From contig NC_087437.1 of NCBI RefSeq assembly GCF_036321535.1, positions 90,894,001-90,958,000 on the forward strand: a stretch of 64,000 bases of DNA, given 5' to 3'. Below the pieces are notes generated by a model. That model was not told the DNA's origin, ran no database searches, and saw only the letters and a list, made by a program, of their open reading frames with translations. Of the stretch, positions 36,590-49,700 are shown one piece after another (positions within the stretch are counted from its first letter, which is position 1; the number at the start of each line of letters is the position of its first letter). The DNA comes from Camelus dromedarius (Eukaryota). A program made the position numbers and the translations under genes.

Positions 36590-37881
36590 GAGATTCCCAA
36601 GATGATGGAGTAGAAGGACACTTAGTGCACCCTCTCCCACAAATACACCAACAATTACATCAAAATGGAACAATTTGCTCAGAATACCTAATGAACTTTG
36701 GTATAATAGCTCTTACTTCAGAAATACAAGAAAATCCTCACAAAACCAGATAGGGGAAAAAAAAGAAAAAGGAAACCAGCGCATGATCTTTCCCCCAGGG
36801 AGGGAGCGGTAGAGGAGAAAAAGTGCCCTCACCCTGGGAAGCCCCCTCTCCAGTGGGAAGGTCAGTGGGGACAAAAGGAGAACTTCAGAGGCTTGGAGGA
36901 GTAAGCAGCAGCCACTTGGCAGATAAAACTGAGAGAAACCAGCACCGAGGGTCCCATGTGGTATCTAGCCCCAAGACACGAGCCAGCAGGGCAGTTTGGA
37001 TTGGCAGCAGGAGCTCAAGTTTCCATGGATGAACCCAGGGAGGGGACAGAGGCTGACTGCCCAGAGGCAGCCTCAGGGGGCTGGAGTGTGGTGCAGGCTG
37101 TGGCTGGGAGAGAGCCCATATCACCTGGGGTCCTTCCATAGAGAGCACCACTGCTGGTGCCTGTGGGAGGAGGGACACAGTATGACTCGCCATAGCAGCC
37201 CTCTGACCAAGTAGATGAAAGACTTATATGTGGAGAACTACAAAACATTGATTAAGGAATTAAAGATGACTTAAAGAAATGGAAAGATATCCCATGCTCT
37301 TGGATTGGAAGAATTAGTATTGTTAAAATGGCCATAGTACCCAAATCTACAGATTCAATGTGATCCCTATAAAATTACCCAGGACATTTTTCATAGATCT
37401 AGAACAAATAATCCTAAAATTTATATGGAATCACAAAAGACCGAGAAACATCAAAGCAATACTGAAGAAAAAGGATGAAGCTGTAGGAATAACCCTACCA
37501 GACTTCAGACAATACTACAGAGCTATAGTAATCAAAACAGGGTGGTTTTGGCACAAAAGGGACATATGCATCAATGGAACAGAATAGAGAGCCAGAAATA
37601 AACCCACAGACTTTACGGTCAATTAATCTTCGATGAAGGAGGCAGGAAAACACAATGGAGTGAAGATCATCTCATTAGCAAGTGGTGTTGGGAAAACTGG
37701 ACAGCCACATGTACATCAATAAAGTTAAAACACGCCTTCACACCATACAAAGAAGTAAATTCTAAATGGCTTAAAGACTTAAACTTAGAACAGAGAACTA
37801 TAAGCCTCTTAGAAGAAAACATAGGCAAAACACTTGCTGACATAAATCTTAGCAATGTTCTTCTAGGGAAGTGTACCCAGG
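36590..37881 (+). mobile_element. Younger L1: 5'UTR (36590-37205) fused to an ORF2 segment (37202-37881), no 3' end
   Basis: Decayed YY1-type start CAAGATGATGG, GC-rich UTR; then ORF2 [28 protein letters not shown]...[18 protein letters not shown], close to 5675-5990. Confidence 0.85.
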
Positions 37882-37889
37882 TCATACCC

Positions 37890-38512
37890 ATTTTTTCCTT
37901 TCCTCACCAGCAATGGTTTTTAATCTGTGCCAGGAGGAGAAAGTGTCTACAGCCCTACTTCCACAGGCTTAAGATAGTTTTCTTCTTTCTTTTCTTTTCC
38001 TTCCTTTCTTTTTTTTAAAGGAAAAAGGTTTGAGCAGAGCTCCTACCTTTTCTGCACAAGTAGCACTTTTCTCTCTCAAACATGTACCACTGAGAGACAC
38101 TGTCTCTGATTTCCCATCCTGCCCTCCATTTCTTATGTTTAGTGAAAGTTCACAAAGTAGAACCATTACAATAGTGCAAATTCCTTTTGTGTCTGTGGTT
38201 GGCTGGGGTTCTAATTCCCTTAAAAGGCAAAATGTGGCCCTTAGCAATTAATGAAAAATTGTATCTGAATTCTTAACTTGCATTGCAGCCCAGTCTTTGT
38301 TCTATTGTCACAATAGAACAATGTCTCAAGTTTCTCATTTAAGCAAAGGTGGATACCTCTAAGGCTATCTGGGTATCTTGCAACCTTAGCTCTCTGATGG
38401 GTTCAAGAGAATCTTTGATTTTGAGATTTTTCTGGCTCTTTCTGGTTGTCCTTTTTGAAGGAACACTTTTTTTTTTTCCTGCTTTCTACAACCTAAGAGT
38501 AAATGAGAAGTA
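37890..38512 (-). mobile_element. Old L1 (L1MC/MD-type) 5'UTR remnant
   Basis: GCAACCTTAGCTCTCTGATGGGTTCAAGAGAA...GCTTTCTACAACCTAAG resembles old L1 5' ends and loosely 10860-11000. Confidence 0.55.
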
Positions 38513-39329
38513 ACCTTTTAGATATATTTTAATGTCCTTAATTGCAGTTTGCAGATGGCATACATTTGTCATTTGAACTTTGGAGGAACATTTGGAGGTT
38601 TAAATGTCTCTTCAGGACACCAAGAAAGAATTGACATTTATTTAAGGAAGCAGACATGATGAAATCATTTGCAAAGATAATTTTGGTTTTTCTTTATACT
38701 GAGCCTAAAAAATGGTCTTCAAGCCTACACAGCTTGTCCCTCAGGTAGGCTTAATCTTTGTCTACATCTCAGCCTGTTTTTCAGTTGAACTTTCTCCAAT
38801 GCCAACAGCTAAAAAAAGTTCCAGTGGAAATCATAGCATGTTATAGAAGAAAGCAAAACAAATATTGCTAGTAGGGTTCTTCTTCTAATAGTTATTAGAT
38901 GGCAAGTCTCCTAACCTTCCTCATCTGCAGCAATATAGGCAATAATTTCTATTTCTAGAGGTGCAGAAAGGATGGCAATTTAACATTTGCCCAAGCACCA
39001 TAAAATGTAATGTTTTAAATGTGAAATGGTATTTTTTGGACATAATTTATTTAGAAAATTTTAGTTGCAAATCTACTTCAGGGGAGCAAAAAGGTAGAAT
39101 GTATAATAAAACAACACTGTTAGGTGAGTCTTTTAAACAATTATATCTTCAGTTAAGAACTTGGTGCTGAATATTTCATCAACAAAAATATACACAATAA
39201 TATTTCTGGTATAATCACTTTTTCAGACATAATTTTTTTTTTTTAGTTATAGGACTGTGGCATCAAAGACAAACTTTGTAGTCTATATCAATATTTCAAA
39301 GAGGATAGTAATTCAAAGTATGTATTATT

Positions 39330-39856
39330 AATTCACCATCTTTATGCCAGGAACTATTTAAAGTGTGTTACAGAGACTTGAAAGGAAATGTTGGACACTT
39401 GGACCCTATGGTGTTGGAACTCTACAGAAGGATGAGAACAGGATTACCGCAATCAATGAGTGATGGGGAACTATCCAGAAACTATTAAAAATAGTTACAC
39501 TTTGCTATTCCCTGGGTCTGAAGAGGCAAAAAGAAAATGTAATAATCTATATCTGATGAAAGTTTCAGACTTGGTAGAACAACCATGATGCAGGAGCTAT
39601 GGTCCTAGTTAGAAGATTGGGGCCACTGCCAAACTGCACACCCCAAAGAACCCAAGAGAATAAATATACCATTTATTTCTCCTCTCACTCCTTGATCTCA
39701 TGTTAATGAACCCCACTGGATCAAAAAAAAGGGAAGTCAGAGGACAACAGACCTCAGATGAAAAAGTCTGTAAAGACCAGGCTCCTGTAGTACAAAACAG
39801 AACAGAAAAGGACCAAGAATGGTGGATCTGGAGGCAAACAAAAAATACCTAGCTCA
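39330..39856 (-). mobile_element. ERVL LTR16-like solo LTR
   Basis: GGAAGTCAGAGGACAA...GGTGGATCTGGAGGCAAACAAAAAATACCTAGCTCA matches the recalled LTR16 terminus. Confidence 0.65.
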
Positions 39857-42800
39857 TTATGTTTATTAGTAACTATTTCTTGTTCAACTTCAGCTGCTCA
39901 AAATGCACTGCTAATTATCTATAAACTTCTCTCTAATAAGAAACAGATTATCTCATCCTTATTGAATACTCATCTCAATAAATAATAAATGGCCTTAATT
40001 CTTCAAAATGTTATTTGAAACATTCTTAGACTATTCAAAAATTTGAGATTAATGAAGACTTCAGGAACTCCTGCAATCCCAACTGGTAGCCATGCACTAC
40101 TCTACTCTCCCACTTCCACCAATTTACCTGTCAGGGATGCTGAATTACTTACTTGGTACCTTTGCCAAAATATCTTTTTTGTTGTTGTTGTTAAGTCTCC
40201 CTGATTTGGGTATTTAGGAGAATAATGCAGAAAGGAAACCACTACTTATGTACTAGTCATTTGTCTGTGACTCTTTTGAATGCCTCCCTCATTTATGGGG
40301 GACTTAACTCTTAATAAATTTGTCTTTAATGAATTTCCTATCTATATTTTCACTGCGTCAATATTTTGTCTAGAACTTTTAAGTAAAGAGGTAGAGATCT
40401 CATGGATGGTTTGTGCCATCCTACAGTTCCAAATTTTGGAGTGTACATGTGTTGCTAGTTCATCACTCCATGGAGATATTTTTAAAGCAAGCAAACTAAC
40501 TAACCACATTTTCAGATATCAGGTAGGAAAATACAGAGGAAAGGATATAAATGGAATAAAGCATCTGACTGGAAAAAATGAGGAAGAAAAAGAATATCGC
40601 TATTAAGGCACTGAAAAATAAATTGAAGTATTTGAACTACAATGTGTCACTTAAATTTGAATTAATATTTTTCACAGGGCAGTAAGCATTTTCCTAAAGG
40701 AATAGATTTGAGTGTGGCTCTTAAACTGCTGAATACAACAGCATTTTTTTCCCCTTTGAGTCAAACCCACTTTGCTTTTTAACACCGTAAGAAAAAGAAC
40801 AACTTGGATTTCACACTGGGCCTTAAAACAGTACAGCTGTCTAAATCTTCATTATATAAAAGATCTCATGTATTATTTGATTTTAAAAATAGTATAGTTA
40901 ATAATCAGAACTCTGCTTATTAGAACAATAAGCTGTATCTTATAATATCTGTGCTTGACAAGAATTGTGTTTTTAAAAATATTCATGTGGAATATTTCCC
41001 AGATTATCCATCTGTTTTTCTAATTTATTCCACTAAGGATAAAGATGCCAGGTTGTAGGGTGGAAATAATGATGACTGAGTTTATAAGCAGTGGTTGGAC
41101 TACACTTGATATGAAATAATTATGGCAAATGCCCCTTCAAAAAGTCTGGCTGTAAATGTATATAGCTAAAAGTAGAATTTTGGAGTTAAGCTTTTTAGAA
41201 GCAAAATACACAATATTATTTTGTGAATTGCAGAATAGAATGGGTTGATAGAATAATTGTTTGAAATGAGTACTTCCTACAGGTAGCAAAAACTATGTCA
41301 TCAATTGGAAGGAATCATAAATTGCCAGTTTCTAATAAACTTTGAGGCTAATAAAGAACTATAATAAATACTGTAAGGCTTTCATGAAGTATGTAATGTT
41401 AAGTGGGAAGGGAATGAGATTAATGCATGTAATTAAAAGCCATCTTAATGCAAAGGAAAAGTTAAAGAAATTTGGCTTCACTACTATTTTACTATAACTT
41501 AGAATTTCTATTTATATCTGGGAACAAAGGTGGTAAAAAGCAATGAAACTTGTTTTAAGATAAACTATGATTGCATCTACCTTCGGTGAACTCCATGAAT
41601 AGGGTTCAGTGCCCAGAGATTATTTGACTATGAGAATTTACCTATGATAAAGCTTCACAGCAAGCAAACTAAGCCTTCTTATATGTTCTATTAGGGAAGT
41701 ACTTCAGACAATTTAGCTTTTGCAATTATGTTTGAGATTTTGGGTACTTTGGTAATGTGTTTCCCAGAATGTTTGGTGAAATAATATGATTAAATATCTC
41801 TAAGAATATTTCTGAAATATATACTTGATTTATATCTTCTGAAAGACTTAGTTCAATGTTTACCCATTAGGGAAAGAAATATATTATTTTTAAAAGCTCA
41901 TTAGCCACAGTGCAAGTGAGAACACATAAAGCAATTAAAGCATATGTTTAGTTCAGTGCACCTGTAAGTAGAAAAAAGTTTCCAGCATATTCTTATGTGC
42001 TTTTGGTGTGATAACAGTAAGAGATCCACATTACATTGTCTTAATTTTTATTCATGCATGCCTAGGTAGAAACAGGACTTGAATTAATTGTCCATAGATT
42101 CTCTATTTGATTTAGAAGGGAAGTCTTTTACAAATTGGTCCCAAAAGAATCAAAACCATAATTACAGCTCACTTGAATATACCATATATAGAGAACCATT
42201 GTTTTTTCATACAAGAAATGTTTGTCTGTTAAATCCATTGCTGGCCTCATTCTTATTAACTCATTATACTTTACTCTGGGAGAATTTAAGAGGTGAAAAG
42301 AATTTATAATTTCCTCTTCATCATTTTAATATGTAAATTTTTTAACTTTTAAAGTTAAGAATTATTAATTTTTTGATATTCAAATATAACATAGATGTAG
42401 TAATTAGGAAAATATTTCCAGAATATTATAATATCAATATGAGTACAATAGTGTCATCTTAACAAGCTTCTGAAACTACATGACTGTAAGTCAGCTTACT
42501 TGGACCTGATGAGTGAATTTGCCTGGCTATGGGAATTTTGGTCAGTTACTGTGGTCAGAATAAAGATATAACAAATTTTATGTAATATAGTTTCTATTGT
42601 TAAATATACATATATTTGTTAATATTATTATATGATAAATATGTATGTTATGGTAAATGTGTATATATATTTAATAACACATAAGGAAACATATATGTGA
42701 TCACAGAGTAAAATTCCCTTTATAAAATTAATAATCAGCCACTTTTCTGTTTTCCAAAGTGTGCAAAGTCATATCTGTCATAAAACAACCTTATCTTTAA

Positions 42801-43939
42801 TACTCAGTTTAAACAAACAAACAAAAAGACTTGATATAAGAATTGTTATCTTTATGTATCATTGGAAGTTCATTTTTTCCCAAATTTTCTTAATGTTAGG
42901 AAATTAATTGTGCATCACAGCTTAGAAGTCAGTTATTATTTCTAAAAAAAATGCTCTGCGGGAGCAAAACCACCAACAGTGGAAAGGGTTATGGAAGTAA
43001 CTGCTCAGTTGTTTTTGTAATAATACTTAGTACAATAAGGGAAAATGTGGCTACTTACAGTAATCCTTATCTGTAGTCTCTAAGAACATCATTTTGTTTC
43101 TGTAAAACAAGAGTTATTCTTGCAAGCTAATAATCCAAAATATAGGGCAAGTCAATTAACTAATTGGGAAAAGAAAGATATAAGCACTGACTGGCAGTAG
43201 AAACATTGGAGGTAATTCATTTGATATGCTCACTACTAGCATTTACTGTGAAGCATATTAAAGACATAATGTGGGAATATTTCAGTCTCCCAATCTAATA
43301 AAAACAACTTTGTATATCGCAAATAGACTTCTATCTTATAGTTCCATAAAATGTTATGAAGAATGAGCAGAATCAAGAAAACCAAATTGGTCCTTGAAGA
43401 GTCATATGCTAATAAAGTTATTCTGTAATATACATCAATTTTCACTGTAACTGCCTTATCTATTTTTGAAATTTAGTCAGGTATGGTTCAGAAATTAAGA
43501 AATTTTATTCTAAGTCTAGGGATGTCACAGTAGAAGAGAAGAACGAAATACCACATTTCTAAAAGATCAGGCTGAGAAAAATGCATGTGAATCAGCGTGG
43601 GTGGATATGTGTGATGCAAGTAAACTACATCCTGAATGCATGTAGAGATATGTACAAAACCTAAGGGTCCACTGGATTTATAAGCCAGTAAGTTTGGAAG
43701 TGACATTATGTGAAAATGTAAGATGACATAGTATTATAACTGGAGAGATTTGGTACATCTGGTGTTACCTCTTTTTTCTTACTTATAATGTCAGAAATAG
43801 AATGGTAAATATTTACAATCTCACCCATTTATTCCAAAATTCATGTGATTAGTTGAGGATCACAATGTGATAAATCTGTGAAAGAGTTATGGATAGAATG
43901 GTGTATATTAATTAATTACAAAGCAAAGGAAAAAATTGC

Positions 43940-44184
43940 TGGTAGATATCTGTCCAGTTGTTTCTTCACATGCATAGATCCAGGAGACTAGATGTTCCAG
44001 AAAATGCAAGTATACGAATGTGAAGCTAGTGTACTGTGTTACTACGTGGAGCAGAGCCTCCAGCCCAATTGTGCTAGATATGTAGTATGATGAAGAAATA
44101 AATCTTTATTGTGTTAAGCCATTACAGTTGGATTTTTTTTTTTTTTTGTGAGGCACAAACTTACCCTATACTTACCAAAATACA
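43940..44184 (+). mobile_element. MaLR (MLT1-type) LTR 3' fragment
   Basis: GTGGAGCAGAGCC...GAAATAAATCTTTATTGTGTTAAGCCA...AATACA end. Confidence 0.7.
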
Positions 44185-46359
44185 GATGAAGAAACAGTGA
44201 TAAGGAAAATAAAACTGTAATTTATCTTGTTCAGTTAATAAATTATCCGGAAACTATGATGTTTTTAAGAACAACTTCACTACATCTTTCTCTACATCAA
44301 GTAATGCTTACCTGTTTTTTTAAGAATGCAAAATTTATAAAATCAAATAAACATCTCTGCTATTCACAGATGATTGACTATAATGCCTTCTTGGTTCATG
44401 CTTTGGAATATACTTACTGGAGTTCAACTGGCTCTTTACAAAATTCTCTTCCAAAATGAATTACTTTATGTTTTCAGTCATTTTTATTTAAAAGCTCCTG
44501 GATTCTAATTTTTTGAGAAAATGAAAAAATAAATACTCAGGTCATAACATCTGTAGGAAATCAGAAATGTTTATGTTAATAAATAATTTATAAAAGGCAT
44601 GAATTGTATTCTTGTTACTTAGAAACATCAGATACATATTCTTGAGGAAAGATGAGAATATTGAAAGTATTCATAGCAACAGTACTGGAGTCAAATGATT
44701 TCATAAATTTTTGCTATGGTTTTCTACTATGCCCAAAATAAATGGCTTTTGAAAATAATAGTTGAAGTGAGGCTAAGGCATTTAATCATTCTGAAAACCT
44801 ATTTATTGTGTACATATCACATAGCAATAGAGATGATTTCTATTATAACACAAACCAAAACACAATTAAAAACAAATAGTTTTCTTCCCTGTGAGAGTTT
44901 GAAATCCTTGCTACCCTTTCATTTCTTGAGACATCTTCTCATGCAGGGGTGAATTTTGCAGGGCTGGTGTGTGAGAAAAATTACTGGGATCCCCTGCAGC
45001 CAGCAATTCAAGCAATCTCATATCCTTGAAAGACAGTGAAAATGAATTCTGTGATAAAACCTATTCCTGGGAATTGGAGGTGACAATTGTAGACTACGCA
45101 AATGGTTGCTGCTTTCTTTGGAGGATCAGGGTGGGAGGCATTTTGTATGCATTTAGTAAGAGTTAACCTGCATGTCTAGATTTTATAATGCAGAGAAATA
45201 CCTAGATAAACAGAATCTTAATGTAAAGAAAGATATAATTTCTATGTAAATTGGATATCATTGAAGAATATTCTTCTTTTGTTATTTGGTGTATATAACT
45301 AAGAGATTATGTATTCATTAATAATGAAGGGATGATAAATAAAGAAAGGCATCCTGTTTTATCTAAAATGTGTATAATGAGTATAAGTTGAGTAGGAAGT
45401 TCTCATCACACACTGAATTTGATGAATACTGCAAAAGGAATGCATATCCTGCTACACACCTAAGAAAGTGACTATTTTGAAGGTTAGCTGCATTGAAGGC
45501 ATGGTGGGATCTCATTTTAAAATACCTCTGATTTCAAGGTGCAATAAAAGCAAAATCAGCAGATAACTCATACACACAGTTTTCTTAAAGATTATAGTTG
45601 TGCCTTGTGATTGGTGAAGTTCAAAATATTCATAAGGATTTCTTCATTCCTCAAAAAGTTTTTAGGCTTGGCAGAAATTAATTTTTAATTTAAATTAGAG
45701 ATAAGATTTGATGACTCACAAAATTCTGAATGTTCCTTTTATCAACATACTTGATAGTGAATCAAGATTTAGGTTATGTTTTTCTTTTAAAACCTTCTGC
45801 CTTCTGAGTTTTCCTTTTATGTAAGACATGTCCCTCGTTTCTTTTGCCAAATTTGGGTTGGCATTTTAAAAATGACTCTATATTGAAATTACAATTGTGA
45901 CATTTCTTCACAAAATGTATTATTAGAAAACGATAAAGTGGAGAGAATTACGGTGTTCACAATAATATATCCTTTAATACCAGAAAGCAATTCTCTTAAT
46001 TTTTTATATCGTATGTGTAACAATTGAAAGATACACAGTTGGAATATAGCTTCTTATTTTGAGATAGCCTAAACTCATTTCCATAATTTACCCATATATG
46101 ATATCATTATGCCCAGTGGGCCTAGCTAATGGACATTTAAGAAAATATTGATTAAACCCAGGTCTCTCTCTACTTGCTCACAGCTTGCTCACTCTTTGCC
46201 TTCATATTAGTATACCAGCCAATTCTTTCCTCATTCCTATCCATAGTTCAAAATGAAACTCCAATGTAGGGAAGCAGATTTACAGAGGCAGAATATTATA
46301 ATAGCATTCAGTATATTTAAATAAAAATATTCTTCTATTTATTGAAGTCAATTTATTAT

Positions 46360-46720
46360 GGAGTCATTCTATTCCTAATGTCTACTAAATAGCTCTAAAT
46401 TTATCCTCCACTCTACTCTTTCTAATTTGTCATATATCTTCTGAACTATTGCAACTGACTTCTTCCAAACTACGGTTTTGATACATCATTCCATACCTCT
46501 CATAATCTTCCACATTGCTACAAGAGCAATCATTGTAAAAAGTAAAAAGTAAATCTGACCTTTAAAAAATATATGTACTTAAAATCTTTAAATGGCTCCT
46601 GTTAAGGTAATGCCAAACTTCTTAGAATTGGATGCATGGCTCTCTGAGAAATTGTCCTTGCCTGTGGCCCTCAGCTTCATTGTATATACACTAACTCCTC
46701 AATTTCTCCTAGCCAGCAAC
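46360..46720 (+). mobile_element. L2 fragment
   Basis: CTGAACTATTGCAA, CTTCCACATTGCTACAAGAGCAATC, AAATCTGA, CTTAAAATCTTTAAATGGCTCC blocks. Confidence 0.65.
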
Positions 46721-49700
46721 TTGGGTCAGCATCTACCATACCTGTACTTAGGAGCCATGAATCATCATTACCCCCACCTTACAGTATCACAACTGCAGTT
46801 AAACATCTATGGAATTTACTAAAAACCTGGTTGAAGGAAATCTGATTACACTGTCATCTCCCCACCCTCAGGAAAGAATCATGCATTCTTCTCATTAAAT
46901 GAGAAGATCCCAGTATTCATGTTACATTTTTATCTCTTGTCTTGCATCTTTGAGACAAAGTGTAGCATCCAGATTGCCTGAATGAAATCCTTACAACTGA
47001 GCCAGGGGTGCACCCAGCCAGGAAAGCTAATCTCTAAGTACAAAGTTTTCAAGTAGAAAATGTGGCTATAGATCAAAAGTAAAAATACTAGGAATAGCCT
47101 CTTAGATTGTGGTGAGTGGTGTGCAACAGATCAAGAAGTGAAGCATTTAGGACTGAATGTTAGAAATGGAAAAGTAGGACCAAGCAATGTCAAAGATGTT
47201 TTCTAACTGGATTTTTGCCAAAGACTCCTAGGGAAATATTAATGAAGGCTGGGCCATGAAAGCTGGTATGTAAATTTATTATCTTCTGAAAAATCTTCAA
47301 TGGAAACCAAATCAATTTTTTATATAAAATGTCTGTCCATGACTAATAAGGGTAAATAAAATACCCAAACAGACAGGTGATAACTAGAGAACTCTTCTAG
47401 GAGAACTACCAAGAGTTACTGCCATCTGTGATTGACCATCTATATACCATAAACAACAAATGACAATGAGGAGTTCAGAGCCAGGCTTCTAGGAAGAGAG
47501 AATTGGAATTGTGATTCAAGCACTGAAATAAAATAATGTTTCAGACTGACAGGTGGAAAAGGGTCAGGGAGATTTTTAAGTGTCAGTTACCTGCGATTTC
47601 TTGAGAATTACCTGTTACAAATGTGTAATCTCTAAATGTGTCTATTTCTTTGCAAAAGATCTGGCCATGTAACAAACACTCTGACCTCCTAAACAAAATA
47701 TATTGTAAAACCCTGTGACTTTTTTTAATACAAGAGAAGAAACTGGTGATCAAGTCATTGGGAAACATAAGTCAAGACCAAAATAGAGAATAAAAAGTGA
47801 CATTGCCTAGTTTTGTTGGGAAGTGTTTGCAGTCTAGTGTTGCTAAACAAGCTTAGGCTTGATAAGTGACCTGAGGGCTCTGGAACTTTCACTGCTAATA
47901 GAATTAGCAGGTGAAGTAGGATAAAATAGAGGCTATAGATAAGTTTTAGACGCTGAATAAAAAGGTCATGAGAATAACACAAGTTGAATTTCGAGTCATA
48001 GATACTGATGGTGAAGGTATGTCTAGGCAGCTTGATATCTTGGCCATTACTAACTTATGCAGTTTGGAAACCCCAATGCCTTCTTCCAAATACCAGGTGC
48101 TGTAGGCCAGCTCAGATTATCTACCTCAGCAAGATCATATATTTATTTATTAAGATAATTTAAAAATACAGGAAAATTTTTTCAGGTAATTTATTTATGA
48201 TATGTGGCCAAACTGAAAAGTCCTTTGGAGAATTCTGTCACTGAATAAAATACATTGTAGGATCTATCTCAATCTTCCCCTGAAATTTCCTTCTCTGACC
48301 TCCCTTCTCTCTCTCACGCATTGTCCCAGGCAAGTAAATGGAGAGAGAGACAAACTAGCTAAATTAGCCATGTGCTCTGATGCTCAAAAACTGAAAAGAG
48401 TCTCTCTCTATCTATCAAAAAAATATGGAAGAATAATTAACAAGGAAGCTGTGAAGTAGGAGTAATTTTTTAAAAATTTCTAAACACTGTGCATGTGTGT
48501 GCACGTGTGTGTGAGCATGTAGTATGAAATAGGAGCAGGATTTTATAGCATTATTAGATCACTTTTTTTAATGGAGATTTAAAAAATAATTTCTCCCTAT
48601 GTAGGGTTTCAAAGCTACTGGCATTTACCCTATGGTTAGAAGATGCATTCCCAGAGATTCTCCTTCTTTCCTACTACATGCCACAAAATCTCAGGCCTTG
48701 GCACTCTTCTGTTCTCTTTTTGTATTCACTTTGTAAGTAAATTCATCTAATTCTATAATTTTAAGCAAGCTTTTTTTTCATCTTTACAATCTAATACACA
48801 TATTTGTGTGAAGCATGGAAGGTATGTCCCATGTGTTTATAAACGTGCATATTATGGTGGTCAGTTAAGTTATCCTCCACATTGTACATTTTCATCTCAA
48901 TTAACTTCTTTTTGAAGAGTATTATCACATCCAGCAAATTCCCTGGGCACTGATTTTGCTTTCTTCCACATACTCACATTGTTTTCCTCTAGGATCTTCC
49001 ATGTGCTGACGCTGTTTTTTGATCTACCCAAGAGTACTAAGAATGCTCCTTTTGCCTGTTAACATTACACATTGTCAGGTATGAACAAAAATCAGTACAT
49101 GTTCCTGAATCATTTAGAACCTTTCTGGAAAATGTTTCCCTCAGCTTTACCCTCCATTAGGTTCAAACAATTATAAGATGGTTGTAAGATGGGAAACCTC
49201 TGCTGTTCTCTTATTGGGAGGAGACTCTTTCAATGCCTCAGACTGACCACATGGAGCCCTCATCCGAACCTGCTTTTTAATGACTGCTAGTGGGAGTAAT
49301 CTTTCACTTCATCAGATAGTTTGGTCATAGTAGCAAACACAGGCTAAAGTTGGAATCCTTAATGTATGAAACAGTCATATGGCACCTTCATTATCTATGA
49401 TGTACCACAATTTTAACTAATGATAGTAGTTCTTATCTAGAAGTTGTATTTTTAAATGACGAAAATGGTCTTATAAGATCTAAATATTTTCTCTATAAGT
49501 AATACTAATTTGCATTCAAGTTATATGTTATTTGAATATAATTAAATATATAATGTATATATTATTCATATATATACATAGAGAGAGAGGGGGGCCATCT
49601 AATTAAAGAATTTCTGCCATTAAAGAAAGTTTAAAGTTTGCAAAGTATGTGGTTGTTTTGTTACCTAAATGTTAATAAAAATAGAAATTTAATTTTAATT

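Noticed and set aside
36823..37248. Five overlapping ORFs in a GC-rich patch, possible CpG-island gene or ORF0 analogue
   Set aside because: L1 5'UTR with decayed CpGs; GC richness explains the open frames and there is no recognisable protein.
46920..47500. Possible ancient LTR
   Set aside because: No termini, TSD or family motif that I can identify.
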